This document shows, one piece after another, positions 9,953 through 20,976 of a DNA stretch of 57,346 nt. A program made the position numbers and the translations under genes. The notes under the pieces are model-generated. The model saw only the letters and a list, made by a program, of their open reading frames with translations, was not told where the DNA came from and made no database searches. Numbering within the stretch: the stretch's first letter is position 1; each line of letters opens with the position of its first letter. Location of the stretch: IMG/VR virus record IMGVR_UViG_2597490083_000002; one strand, given 5' to 3'. The stretch comes from a virus (lineage: Duplodnaviria > Heunggongvirae > Uroviricota > Caudoviricetes).

Positions 9953-10735
9953 TTATGCTGCCCTTTTCATTGCGAATGGAACGCGAACAAACACGATCTC
10001 TTTATAGCAGCGGCAGTTTGGCAGCTCGCCCGCGTGGCCGGTCATGCCGTCCAAAGTTGGAGGTGAATCCCAGCGGACGAATTTACCTTTCATGTGATCG
10101 TGGGAATCTCGGACATCGCCATCATCGGCTGTACGCCAAATATAACCATCCGAGCCAATAGCTATCGCTCGGGCCATATCCAGCGCGCCCGTTGCTCTTC
10201 CCAGTTCCGTTCGGGCAATCAGATCGGCCCTAGACTTAGCAACATCGCCGGTAGATGCAATCTCTTTAGCAAACTGCTCCGCCCGACCACCGGTGACAAC
10301 AGCCTCTATCGCTTTGTTCTGGATGTCGTACACCCTGTCTGCGGCCTCGAGAGGCAGAGATTTGATGTACTTGACCTGTTCGGCGATGATGGATTGCATC
10401 ACCTGGCCCACAGGAGCGCTTTCCACAAGATTGCGGAGCTCGCGACTGATGTTCTTGCTGTGTTGCCGCCAAACTTTCTCGTTCTGCCGGGTTAGGTCCG
10501 CAGTAAAGTTTTCCGCGACCTTTGTCGCCCAGGGGGTGATGATTTCACTGTAACGCTCCAGCGCCGCAATAATTTCCGTGATACTGTCATTTGAACCATC
10601 GTAGCGACCATTTACGATGTCTCCGACCGCCCTCGCTATCCTGCGTAGGCTGGTTCGATACCGGATTTCCGCCTGACGGCTCCTGCGGTTCGTCATCAGG
10701 TTCGCCGATGCCGGGCGGCGCTTCATCTTCGGCAT
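9953..10735 (-). CDS. Phage head morphogenesis protein (Mu F / SPP1 gp7-like)
   Basis: 260 aa; placed directly after portal; true start may be an internal Met because the ORF overlaps the portal 3' end. Confidence 0.6.
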   Translation of the reverse strand: MPKMKRRPASANLMTNRRSRQAEIRYRTSLRRIARAVGDIVNGRYDGSNDSITEIIAALERYSEIITPWATKVAENFTADLTRQNEKVWRQHSKNISRELRNLVESAPVGQVMQSIIAEQVKYIKSLPLEAADRVYDIQNKAIEAVVTGGRAEQFAKEIASTGDVAKSRADLIARTELGRATGALDMARAIAIGSDGYIWRTADDGDVRDSHDHMKGKFVRWDSPPTLDGMTGHAGELPNCRCYKEIVFVRVPFAMKRAA

Positions 10736-12053
10736 TCTCGATGTCCTCGTTGGTAATGGATGCCCCTATGCCGGTTACGTCAGAATTTTCTCGCAAATCA
10801 GTCATAGCGGCTTTCAGTGTCATCAGACCATCACCCATCGCCGTACTGATTGCGTTGGTGGTGTTTAACGCCACCGTTGAGCGATCGACATCAGACATTT
10901 GCCAGAGCGGGTTAAACTCAAACGTGAAATCGTCCGGCAGCGGCTTGCCAAGTTCCGAACGATGCATGATGTCCAGTATCCGCCGCACCGGAAGACGTAA
11001 ACGCCTCTCCTGCAACGAACTGATGCGATCGTAATAGTTGGCAAGGTCTGCATCACCGGTAGAAAATCCTTTCGGGGACTGTCCGAACAACCGCACCAGT
11101 GGGATACCAACAGCGCCACTAATCTGTTCTGCAAACTGCGAAAGGATGTCATCCAGACCACTGAAGCTGTACTGATGGGTTTCAAACTTATCCCGCGAGT
11201 CCATGAGCGTCATGCCTTCATTACTCTGGAACTGTCGAATCAGGTCGATATTCTTCAGCAACGCTTCATACGCAGGACCACCAAGTGCGATAAGCTCGCG
11301 TAGCTTCTCCACGCTGTAGGTACGCAAATGCGCCTTGTAGACCAGCTGCGCCGCGCCGACAGTAGCGCTGTCGAACGCGGTAAGACGATCCCAGATACGC
11401 TCTACAACCGACATTCCCCATTCGTTCTCGGTCATCTTCTGCTGAAATGGCAACGTGACGCCATCAAAGCGAATCAGGCGACTGTGATGAATGCGCCAGG
11501 CAGGAATTCCCGTTGCTGTGGTCACCACATCGTAAAACTCAGGTTTACCCAGGTCCGGCCCCATATCTTTAATGCGGCGGGTCAGTGCCGGGTCGACCAT
11601 CCAGCGGTCGAGCGGGAGAATCCCCTTAAACTTGCCCTTACCGATGGTTTCGGGTCGCAGCGGGGTCATTGGTGCCTGCCCCTCAATCATGATGAAACCC
11701 ACCGCGCCGCCGTAGAGGCGCGACCATTTCAGCACGTCATTCAGCGCATCCCAGATTTGCAACTCATCCAGTTGTGATTCGAGAATGCCACGATCTTTTG
11801 CATCAATTTCCGAAGTGATGCGAATGCCTTTGCGGGTCATATCATCCGGGATAGCATCGACTGCTTCGCCGATGATCCAGGATGAACGATAGGACCATTC
11901 CACCAGCATGCGGTTACGACTGGTGAAATTAGCCCGGTAGGTGGATGCTGAGTGCTGGTTAGGTGTCTGCATCCCTACTCGGGCAATAAAATTCTCATAA
12001 CCATCAGCTGTGGCCTGCACAGTTCGCCGCAGGGCTTGTTTGTTTCGTGCCAT
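10587..12053 (-). CDS. Phage portal protein
   Basis: 488 aa immediately downstream of terminase large subunit; size and position typical of portal. Confidence 0.6.
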   Translation of the reverse strand: MARNKQALRRTVQATADGYENFIARVGMQTPNQHSASTYRANFTSRNRMLVEWSYRSSWIIGEAVDAIPDDMTRKGIRITSEIDAKDRGILESQLDELQIWDALNDVLKWSRLYGGAVGFIMIEGQAPMTPLRPETIGKGKFKGILPLDRWMVDPALTRRIKDMGPDLGKPEFYDVVTTATGIPAWRIHHSRLIRFDGVTLPFQQKMTENEWGMSVVERIWDRLTAFDSATVGAAQLVYKAHLRTYSVEKLRELIALGGPAYEALLKNIDLIRQFQSNEGMTLMDSRDKFETHQYSFSGLDDILSQFAEQISGAVGIPLVRLFGQSPKGFSTGDADLANYYDRISSLQERRLRLPVRRILDIMHRSELGKPLPDDFTFEFNPLWQMSDVDRSTVALNTTNAISTAMGDGLMTLKAAMTDLRENSDVTGIGASITNEDIENAEDEAPPGIGEPDDEPQEPSGGNPVSNQPTQDSEGGRRHRKWSLRWFK

Positions 12054-12797
12054 CAGGCCTGTCTCCCCAGCTGTTCCCAGATATCCAGCGATGTATCGAT
12101 TGGCGCGAAGGCCATAATGAATGCATCAGCAACGTTTGGTGACGGTATCTCGCGTTTTGCGAGGTCTTTTTTACTTTCGACCATCACACGTCCGTTACGG
12201 TCGAAATCACGATGAGGTGTTGTCAGTTCCAGTTTCAGCTTTTCAAGCAACGGACAACGAGAATCTATGCTGATCAGCTCATCCACAGGATACTGTTCTC
12301 CGTTGTTAATGGCGTTAAACGTATTTCTGAAACGGTCAGCCACCATGCCTGAGCCTTAAGATTTGCGAAAAAGTCTTTGTTGGGGATGCCGTTGTACTCG
12401 TCATCTGGCTCATGCACACCAGCACCGGCGTTAAACCTCTGGTAATTCACACGTCGCGCGTATGCGTTCTCGCTCTTCCGGTCAGCGTTAATTTCAGAGA
12501 ATTTAGCACCGGCAGACGCACCAACACCGATAGAGTCGTAAACAATATCTGCTTCACGCTCCAGCGCCGCCTGATAAGTACGCTGGCAGCTCTTCAGTAA
12601 TTCATCTTCTTTGGCCTTCCATTCGTCGGCCCAGAAAACAACGGATCCGTGACGGTAAACGTTAGCGCACTTATCTGTACCACTGTCAGCCACGTCAAAG
12701 CCAATACGCTTTCTTCCACTGGGTTCGAAATTTAACGTTTTGTGCGCATCCACTGCGGCTTCTATCCAAGACAGTTTGATGATTGCTGGATTTGCCC

Positions 12798-13703
12798 CTA
12801 TATTTCCAGACATCTGTTATCACTTAACCCATTACAAGCCCGCTGCCGCAGATATTCCCGTGGCGAGCGATAACCCAGCGCACTATGCGGATGCCATTCG
12901 TTATAATGCTCGAACGCCTCTGCAAGGTTCTTTGCTGCCGTTAACCCGTCTGGTTTGGGCATGATACTGATGTAGTCACGCTTTATCGTTTTCACGAAGC
13001 TCTCTGCTATTCCGTTACTCTCCGGACTACGCACCGCCGTGTTCTTCGGTTCAAGTCCCAACATCCGGGCGAACTGGCGTGTTTCATTAGCCCGGTAGCA
13101 TGAACCATTATCCGTCAGCCACTCCACTGGAGACGACGGAAGATCGTTGCCGAAGCGGCGTTCCACCGCTCCCAGCATGACGTCCTGTACTGTTTCACTG
13201 TTGAAGCCGCCGGTAGTCACCGCCCAGTGCAGTGCCTCACGATCACAGCAGTCCAGCGCGAACGTGACACGCAGTCTCTCTCCGTTATCACAGCAGAACT
13301 CGAACCCGTCAGAGCACCATCGCTGATTGCTTTCTTTCACGGCCACTCTGCCTGTATGTGCCCGTTTCGATGGCGGTACAGCAGGTTTTCGCTCAAGCAA
13401 CAGCGCATTCTGGCGCATGAGCCGGTAAACACGTTTGGCATTGATCGCAGGCATACCATCAAGTTCTGCCTGTCTGCGAAGCAGCGCCCATACCCGACGA
13501 TAACCATACGTGGGCAGCTCTCCGATAACATGGTGTATACGGAGAAGCACATCCGTATCATCAGTGTGACGACTGCGGCGGCCATCCATCCAGTCATCGG
13601 TTCGTCTGAGAATGACGTGCAACTGCGCACGCGACACCCGGAGACAACGGCTGACTAAGCTTACTCCCCATCCCCGGGCAATAAGGGCGCGTGCGCTATC
13701 CAC
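12798..13703 (-). CDS. insD: IS2 OrfB (InsD)
   Basis: 301-aa DDE transposase ORF matching IS2 InsD. Confidence 0.9.
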
Positions 13704-14026
13704 TTTTTTGCCCGTCCATATTCAACGGCTTCTTTGAGGAGTTCATTTTCCATCGTTTTCTTGCCGAGCAGGCGCTGGAGTTCTTTAATCTGCTTCATGG
13801 CGGCAGCAAGTTCAGAGGCAGGAACAACCTGTTCTCCGGCGGCCACAGCAGTAAGACTTCCTTCCTGGTATTGCTTACGCCAGAGAAATAACTGGCTGGC
13901 TGCTACACCATGTTGCCGGGCAACGAGGGAGACCGTCATCCCCGGTTCAAAGCTCTGCTGAACAATTGCGATCTTTTCCTGTGTGGTACGCCGTCTGCGT
14001 TTCTCCGGCCCTAAGACATCAATCAT
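13661..14026 (-). CDS. insC: IS2 OrfA (InsC)
   Basis: Begins [26 protein letters not shown] inside ORF 13661..14071. Confidence 0.85.
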
Positions 14027-14735
14027 CTGTTCTCCAATGACTAGTCTAAAAACTAGTATTAAGACTATCACTTAAATAAGTGATACTGGTTGTCTGGAGA
14101 TTCAGGGGGCCAGTCTAATTGCCGCATCATCATCAGACTCCGGAACGCCCTCATACACATGTTTAAAACCATCCGGATCACGGCGTCGCGCCGCGTCGAT
14201 AACCTTAAGCATGGTGTCAGACAGAAACGGATTTTCGTCATAGTTAATTTTGCGGATGAGAGTGCCTTCGGGCGGATCAACAACGAAGTTGCGCCAGACG
14301 AAATCAGTAACAAGTCCGGGGTTGAATATGAACCAGCATTCCGAACCCTCTTTACGGATCGTTGGCTCCAGAATTTTCCACTGGTATTCCGTCAGTGCGT
14401 GGGCTTCTTCCAACCACAACATATCGATCCCCTCCAGTGACTTAATTTCTTCGATGTTGCGCCATAATCCATAAAAAACAAATTCCGAGCCAGTAACCCG
14501 GTTAATGATTTTGTTGTTCAGAATACGGAAACGGTGCCGCAGACCAAACCTGTCTATCTGAATTTTGAGCAGGGTATACACCGACTCTTCGATTTTATTC
14601 TGGATCTGACGGGCACAACAAAAACGCAGGGTGTATTTATTCGACAGAAATATGGCAATGCCAGCGGCATCCCATGATTTTGACGATGACCGACCACCAT
14701 AAAGCACTTTGTTACGTGCCCGCATAGTCCAGAAA

Positions 14736-15500
14736 CTACGTAAAGCCGGATTCAGCGTCGGTTTGGATGTCAGAGTAGAAGTCATTGAGGTCACGCTCTC
14801 CATTGCCATCATCAATACCTGCATCACGGCGAAGACGATCAGCCTCCAGAGACACCTTATCAGTGGCGGCCTTGCGGTAGGCTGTATCAGCAAATATTTT
14901 TCCTACCGTCGCAAGCGTGCCAACGATGGACTCAATACGAACTGTATTGCGCATCATTGCTTTCTCGGCGGCGCTGATATTTTCAATCAGCATCTTCCTT
15001 TCCTGGTCCCCATTAGCATCTTCCAGCGACACCAACCACCGACCAATATTCTCTGCAGCGACAAGGTTGTTAGCACGAAGGCGAAATAATTCGTCCTCGA
15101 GCGTCAACGCTTTAGCGTCCTCTATCACCTCATCTTTGAGCAGAAGGCGACGGGCATAACCACCGTGTTTTAATGCCTGCTGGTTACCGGGTTGGAATGG
15201 GTTAGTCGGGGGATCGGTACGCATTCCGCGTATCGGTTTCGTATCCGGTGTAGATTCTGTTTTTAGTTGCGTACTTTTTTGTGTAAGGCCAGTAATGGCA
15301 GGCTTTCTGCTGGTACGCACTTTCCTTTTTTGCGTACCATTTTTGCAAACCTGCGTACCGCCACTGCGTGCCCAATCAAGCTTTTTGGCCCTCTTCCTGA
15401 TAGCCCCTTCTGTAACGCCGTATTTCTCGCCTATATCACGGAGGCTAAGGACTCCGGCCCGGTATGCCGATTCGATGGCCTCCCAGTCCGGTTTTGCCAT
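14736..15500 (-). CDS. Phage terminase small subunit
   Basis: 254 aa with N-terminal HTH (LSLRDIGEKYGVTEGAIRKRAKK); directly upstream of terL. Confidence 0.7.
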   Translation of the reverse strand: MAKPDWEAIESAYRAGVLSLRDIGEKYGVTEGAIRKRAKKLDWARSGGTQVCKNGTQKRKVRTSRKPAITGLTQKSTQLKTESTPDTKPIRGMRTDPPTNPFQPGNQQALKHGGYARRLLLKDEVIEDAKALTLEDELFRLRANNLVAAENIGRWLVSLEDANGDQERKMLIENISAAEKAMMRNTVRIESIVGTLATVGKIFADTAYRKAATDKVSLEADRLRRDAGIDDGNGERDLNDFYSDIQTDAESGFT

Positions 15501-15694
15501 GATTATGCTTCCTGTGATTTACTGTTATCGCTGCCTGTCACAATAGGTTGCTTTAATTCTTCCTCATCACTCACTCCTGCGACGCTCCGTGGCAGGGCCC
15601 CCCACAGGAGTACCTTGTAAATGTAAGGTGTTTAAGCCTAAATTAAGTCGTATCACGGTTAAATAGCAAAGAAAAATTCACAGAAGGAAAGACA

Positions 15695-16207
15695 TTGATG
15701 GAGTGGATAAATGCTTTGATGAACTATTTTGTACTTCATCCATATCGCCTATGGGGGCTTCTTTTTATAATAGCGTTCACAAAATCCACTTTACTCATTT
15801 CGGCGATATTGCCACCAGCATCAATTATGATGGCCACTGTAATTACAGTCAGCAAGACGACTCTTTCACCATGGGAAGCTGGAATCACGGTCATGAGTGG
15901 CGCATGGTGCGGTACTATCGTTAATTACCATCTTGGTATAATAATTGGGCATATCCCTCAACTTGCATGTATAATATCGAGCCGTTCCAATACAATAGAA
16001 CGGGTTCGCCTTCAGTTGCAAAATAACTCTGTGTCAATACTTTTCACTTCGCGCTTTATCGCCGTGCTGCGTTACATTGCTCCTTTGGTGGCAGGAATGT
16101 TGCAACTTCATCCAGTGAAAGTGTATACAGTGAGTCTGATTTCAGCTGCTAGCTGGTCAGCACTTTATGTTGGTAGTTTTAGCTTCGTGTTGCCTTTTTT
16201 TAGCTAA
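15695..16207 (+). CDS. DedA-family-like small membrane protein (prophage moron)
   Basis: 170 aa, about 4 hydrophobic segments; LLISAILPPASI and SRFIAVLRYIAPLVAGM resemble the two DedA signature motifs; opposite strand to the phage late genes, between Rz fragment and terS. Confidence 0.5.
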   Translation: MMEWINALMNYFVLHPYRLWGLLFIIAFTKSTLLISAILPPASIMMATVITVSKTTLSPWEAGITVMSGAWCGTIVNYHLGIIIGHIPQLACIISSRSNTIERVRLQLQNNSVSILFTSRFIAVLRYIAPLVAGMLQLHPVKVYTVSLISAASWSALYVGSFSFVLPFFS

Positions 16208-16295
16208 ACTGCCCATAAAAAGCTCTTGCGAATCCAGCGTCCCCCATTCCTCTGACAACAGAATCTGATTTGAAGGATAATGAGTAAAATTACCG

Positions 16296-16541
16296 CTACC
16301 CCCCAAGGCATTGGATCCTGATGTACTCCTGAAGCATTCTCAATGCTGTCTGGTCGCTGATGATTCCGTCCCGGATACCGAGAACGTTTCGTCCAGCAAC
16401 TGGAGAGAGTTCGACGGTGGCATCATTGCCCATGCCGGAGGCGCTGGAGGTTTCGGCTGAGGATGGCACAGGGCATTTTCCTTTGACGAGCACCCGACCA
16501 CCATTATCAAGCTTGCGCCGAAGAGCATCATTTTCAGCTTT
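16296..16541 (-). pseudogene. Rz i-spanin, C-terminal fragment with embedded Rz1 o-spanin; 5' end removed by IS911
   Basis: ORF 16296..16493 ends ...VLGIRDGIISDQTALRMLQEYIRIQCLGG; overlapping +1-frame ORF has lipobox [17 protein letters not shown] and a proline-rich tract; both run into IS911. Confidence 0.7.
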
Positions 16542-16613
16542 TGAAGTGGCACACTGAATTTGGCCACCTGAACAGAGGTGATATGCTCACCTCAGAACAA
16601 CACAGGTGCTCCA

Positions 16614-17782
<1,169 letters not shown>

Positions 17783-17811
17783 CCACTTCAGTGGCGGTAA
17801 GACGGGGAATA

Positions 17812-18233
17812 TGTTTAACCTGATGTTGACCTCTAAAAAGCTGACAAAAACGGCAATTAACGAGGCGCTCCGGAGGATGAAAAAAGCAGGTCTGAACAAG
17901 TCTGAACTTGAGGCTTTTTTGCGGGATATGATTAACGGTAAGCAAAAGAGCTGGCTGGCGCATTGTACTGATGCAGAGGCGTTATGTATTGATCGGGTCA
18001 TAAGTGAGGTGCTGGCAGAGCATCCAGGATTGATTAGCGTCCTTCGGCAACGGTATGAGGGGCGGGGGATGACCAAATGCAAAATGGCTGAACTGCTGAA
18101 TGATGCACACCCGAAATGGAGTTTAAGAACCTGTGAAAGACGCATTGAGCATTGGCTAAAGGTGGCAGAATTTATTTTGTACAAACCAATGGTTATGGCT
18201 TTTGGTATAGAGAAAAAAGTTATTGCTTTTTGA
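17812..18233 (+). CDS. Putative late-gene antiterminator (Q-position protein), possibly 5'-truncated by IS911
   Basis: Sits directly upstream of the same terminator/tRNA arrangement that follows Q at 26880..27260, but the sequence differs from that Q; start taken at first Met after the IS911 junction. Confidence 0.4.
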
Positions 18234-18310
18234 CGTAAAAACTGCTTCAATTCTTGTACGCTTCGCAAAGCTGTACCGCGAGGCGAATAGCAGACATGGA
18301 CATTTGAAAG

Positions 18311-18338
18311 AGCCCGCTTTATGCGGTTTTTTTTATAC
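18311..18338 (+). terminator. Short hairpin plus T8 run downstream of the Q-position gene (tR'-like)
   Basis: gcccgc-ttta-tgcgg followed by tttttttt; weaker stem than the copy at 27347. Confidence 0.4.
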
Positions 18339-18422
18339 CTGAAAAACGGCACAGGACGTTAAACGTGCTGGTGATCAGATGAGTTTGCAGATGTGATGAC
18401 ATATGGTTATTATTCTGCCTCC

Positions 18423-18499
18423 GGCCCTTTAGCTCAGTTGGTCAGAGCGAGCGACTCATAATCGCCAGGTCGCTGGTTCAAGTCCAGCAAGGGCCACCA
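18423..18499 (+). tRNA. tRNA with CAU anticodon (Ile2/Met type, ileZ-like)
   Basis: Hand fold: acceptor GGCCCTT, anticodon loop CUCAUAA, T-loop TTCAAGT, CCA encoded. Confidence 0.8.
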
Positions 18500-18500
18500 A

Positions 18501-18577
18501 CCACCACTAGCTCATCCGGATAGAGCATCAACCTTCTAAGTTGACGGTGCGAGGTTCGAGTCCTCGGTGGTGGGCCA
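18501..18577 (+). tRNA. tRNA-Arg (UCU), argN-like
   Basis: Acceptor CCACCAC/GTGGTGG, anticodon loop CUUCUAA, T-loop TTCGAGT. Confidence 0.85.
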
Positions 18578-18579
18578 GC

Positions 18580-18654
<75 letters not shown>

Positions 18655-18657
18655 TAT

Positions 18658-18732
<75 letters not shown>

Positions 18733-19342
18733 GCGAGATTTGAGACGAAGGTTGTTATTTGCACTGACACAATATTGTGTGGGAATGTCTGACTCCTTAC
18801 CATCTCCTGTTCTGTGATGTTGTTTTGTTGCAGTTCCAGTGCTCTTTTTTCAGCACCAGAATGGTGCATTGTCGGTCAGGTTACGTAGTGAACCTCTGGC
18901 AGGGGACTGATAATGCATCATTCTGGTGTTGTAAATATCTCTTCGGACAACTTACAAAATATTCTAAGCAAACCCCGGGAACACACTCTTAACTGCCTTG
19001 GCTGGCGGTTTTTTGTACAGTGCTCGGTATGTGTGAGCTGGAAATCAGATTTTGCATGGACTGGAATCATGCTGTTATTTAGGGGCGAAGAACTGGCTTT
19101 TTCTTCCGCCTTCTCACCAGTAACGATTAGAAAAATAATGAAATGCCCCTCCGGGGAGGAGGACCGTAGAAAAAAGGACCCGCCAGCAAAAACATTGGGG
19201 ATGAACAGCTTTCGCTACTCAGATTGCTGGCGGGTAAAGTTCCTCATGAATTAAGAATGCTACGCGATCTTTTTTAATGGAAATGAAAATTATTGTCAAT
19301 TAGTCGTGCGTGTTTTTTCATACAATATTGGTAAAGGTGATT

Positions 19343-19382
19343 CAGGCCATCAGAGTTTTGCTGATGGCCTTTTTTCTTTCCG
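19343..19382 (+). terminator. Rho-independent terminator upstream of holin fragment
   Basis: ggccatcag-agttttg-ctgatggcc followed by ttttttctttcc. Confidence 0.5.
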
Positions 19383-19411
19383 ATAGCACAGGTCTGTCGG
19401 GGGGGCGGGAT

Positions 19412-19501
19412 ATGTATCAGATGGAAAAAATATCAACAGGCATTGCCTACGGCACCTCCGCCGGCAGTGCCGGCTACTGGTTTTTGCAGTGGTTGGATCA
19501 G
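19412..19501 (+). pseudogene. Holin, N-terminal 30-codon fragment cut by IS600
   Basis: [30 protein letters not shown] is near-identical to the N-terminus of the intact holin at 28063..28278; IS600 end follows immediately. Confidence 0.7.
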
Positions 19502-19544
19502 TGAGGTGTACTGGCAATAGCGGACACTACCATTTGTTCTTTTT

Positions 19545-20363
19545 TTAAGCAGCCATCTGATGATATTTTTCCCTGAAGGCTGCCGGGGAGATATTCCCCA
19601 GACGAGAGTGACGACGCTGACGATTGTAGAAAATCTCAATGTATTCCCGTATTACTGAGATGGCTTCATCCCGGTTATTAAAACGATAGTGGCTCAGGCT
19701 CTCATTTTTCAGCGTTCCCCAGAAGCTTTCCATCGGAGCGTTGTCGTAACAGTTACCTTTACGCGACATTGATGTTTTCAGACCAGACTGCTCCTGTATG
19801 ACCCGGTAATCGTATGCGCAGTACTGTGAACCTCGATCAGAGTGGTGGATTAGCCCGGCAGGTGGGCGCTGGCTCCTGAGCGCCATAAACAGGGCTTTAC
19901 CTGTCAGCTCTTTTGTCATGCGCTCTCCCATGGCGTAGCCGACAATTTCGCACGTATAAACATCTTTGATGCCAGCGAGGTACAACCATCCCTCCTGTGT
20001 GGCAACATACGTCAGGTCCGCCACCCAGACCTGATTTGGTGCTGTAGGAGCGAACGTCTGGTTCAGCAGATTTGGCGCAACTGGCAGATTGTGGTTCGGG
20101 TTCGTAGTCGCTCTGAACTTGCGTTTCTGCTTACAGCGTAGCCTCAGCTCCTTACGAAGACGTGCCAGTCGGTCACGACCAACGATGATGCCATTCTCTG
20201 CCAGCTCCGTCTGGAGCCGCCGGGTTCCATATGTTTCGCGAGTGCGGATATGTGCCACCTTAATCTCCAGTTTTAGCCGCTCATCACTTTGTTTTCTGTC
20301 TGAGGGTTCATGCTGTACCCAGTTGTAATAACCGCTCCTGGATACACCAAATACCTGACACAT
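19545..20363 (-). CDS. IS600 OrfB
   Basis: Identical 272-aa ORF. Confidence 0.9.
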   Translation of the reverse strand: MCQVFGVSRSGYYNWVQHEPSDRKQSDERLKLEIKVAHIRTRETYGTRRLQTELAENGIIVGRDRLARLRKELRLRCKQKRKFRATTNPNHNLPVAPNLLNQTFAPTAPNQVWVADLTYVATQEGWLYLAGIKDVYTCEIVGYAMGERMTKELTGKALFMALRSQRPPAGLIHHSDRGSQYCAYDYRVIQEQSGLKTSMSRKGNCYDNAPMESFWGTLKNESLSHYRFNNRDEAISVIREYIEIFYNRQRRHSRLGNISPAAFREKYHQMAA

Positions 20364-20398
20364 CGCTTCAATGGGAAATTGTTGTCGCCATTGTTCGA

Positions 20399-20701
20399 TT
20401 AACGCGTATTTTTCAGCGACTCCTGTGCAAAATACGCTGTTGCTTTTTTTAATATATCTCGCTCAAGGCGAGCTTCATTTAACGCCTTACGCAGTTGCAG
20501 AATTTCAGATTCCAGTTCAGCCACCGTGCGGGAACCAGGAGTACCGAGCCCTTTTCTGGCGGCGGTAACCCATTGTCCTAAAGTGCCTTCAGGAAGGGAT
20601 AATCGGGAAGCGCCTTCACTGATCGAAAGTTGATTTTCAAGAACCGTTCTGACAGCTTCGGCTTTGAACTCTTTAGAGTAACGTTGGGTTTTTCTGCTCA
20701 T
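20399..20701 (-). CDS. IS600 OrfA
   Basis: Near-identical 100-aa ORF. Confidence 0.9.
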   Translation of the reverse strand: MSRKTQRYSKEFKAEAVRTVLENQLSISEGASRLSLPEGTLGQWVTAARKGLGTPGSRTVAELESEILQLRKALNEARLERDILKKATAYFAQESLKNTR

Positions 20702-20976
20702 TATTAGCTCCTTCTGATGCCATTCTATTTCAGGAAGGAGTGTCCGTTAAACTCAGGCTACCTCAGTCAGCGCTGGAACGACGAGAAGCCAGAAACCATT
20801 CAACCACAATCCAGACCATCATCCGCAATCACCGTATCGAAAACTGGCTATGTGTTTTTCGACAGGTGAACCATGAAATCAAAAATCAAATCGCTACTGG
20901 TCGCTGGTTATAACCACGGCTGGTTAAGTATTTCGTTTGTCGATTTCTGGTTTAAAAATCTCAATCTGAGGGAATC

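Larger units (their letters stand above)
12787..14117 (-). mobile_element. IS2 (IS3 family)
   Basis: 1331 bp with ends tggatttgcccc...ggggccagtcta; flanked by 5-bp direct repeat ATTGC (12782-12786 and 14118-14122). Confidence 0.9.
12053..14812 (-). pseudogene. Terminase large subunit, disrupted by IS2 and an additional frameshift
   Basis: Walker A VLYGGRSSSKS in ORF 14102..14893; nuclease-domain segments in ORFs 12274..12813 and 12053..12346 are in different frames; IS2 sits between. Start approximate. Confidence 0.75.
19502..20765 (-). mobile_element. IS600, copy 2 (inverted)
   Basis: Same 1264-bp element, ends tgaggtgtactggc ... ctcaggctacctca; no direct repeat at flanks. Confidence 0.9.

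Noticed and set aside
18733-19411. Looked for Shiga toxin genes in the cargo slot between the tRNA cluster and the holin (also 27771-28062)
   Set aside because: No ORF in either interval resembles StxA or StxB; the intact copy has only about 290 bp here and the longer copy has no convincing coding sequence.
20766-20976. Small ORF (about 34 codons, MKSKIKSLLVAGYNHGW...) between IS600 copy 2 and the primase gene
   Set aside because: Below any reasonable length threshold and without homology; more likely promoter or leader sequence of the primase gene.
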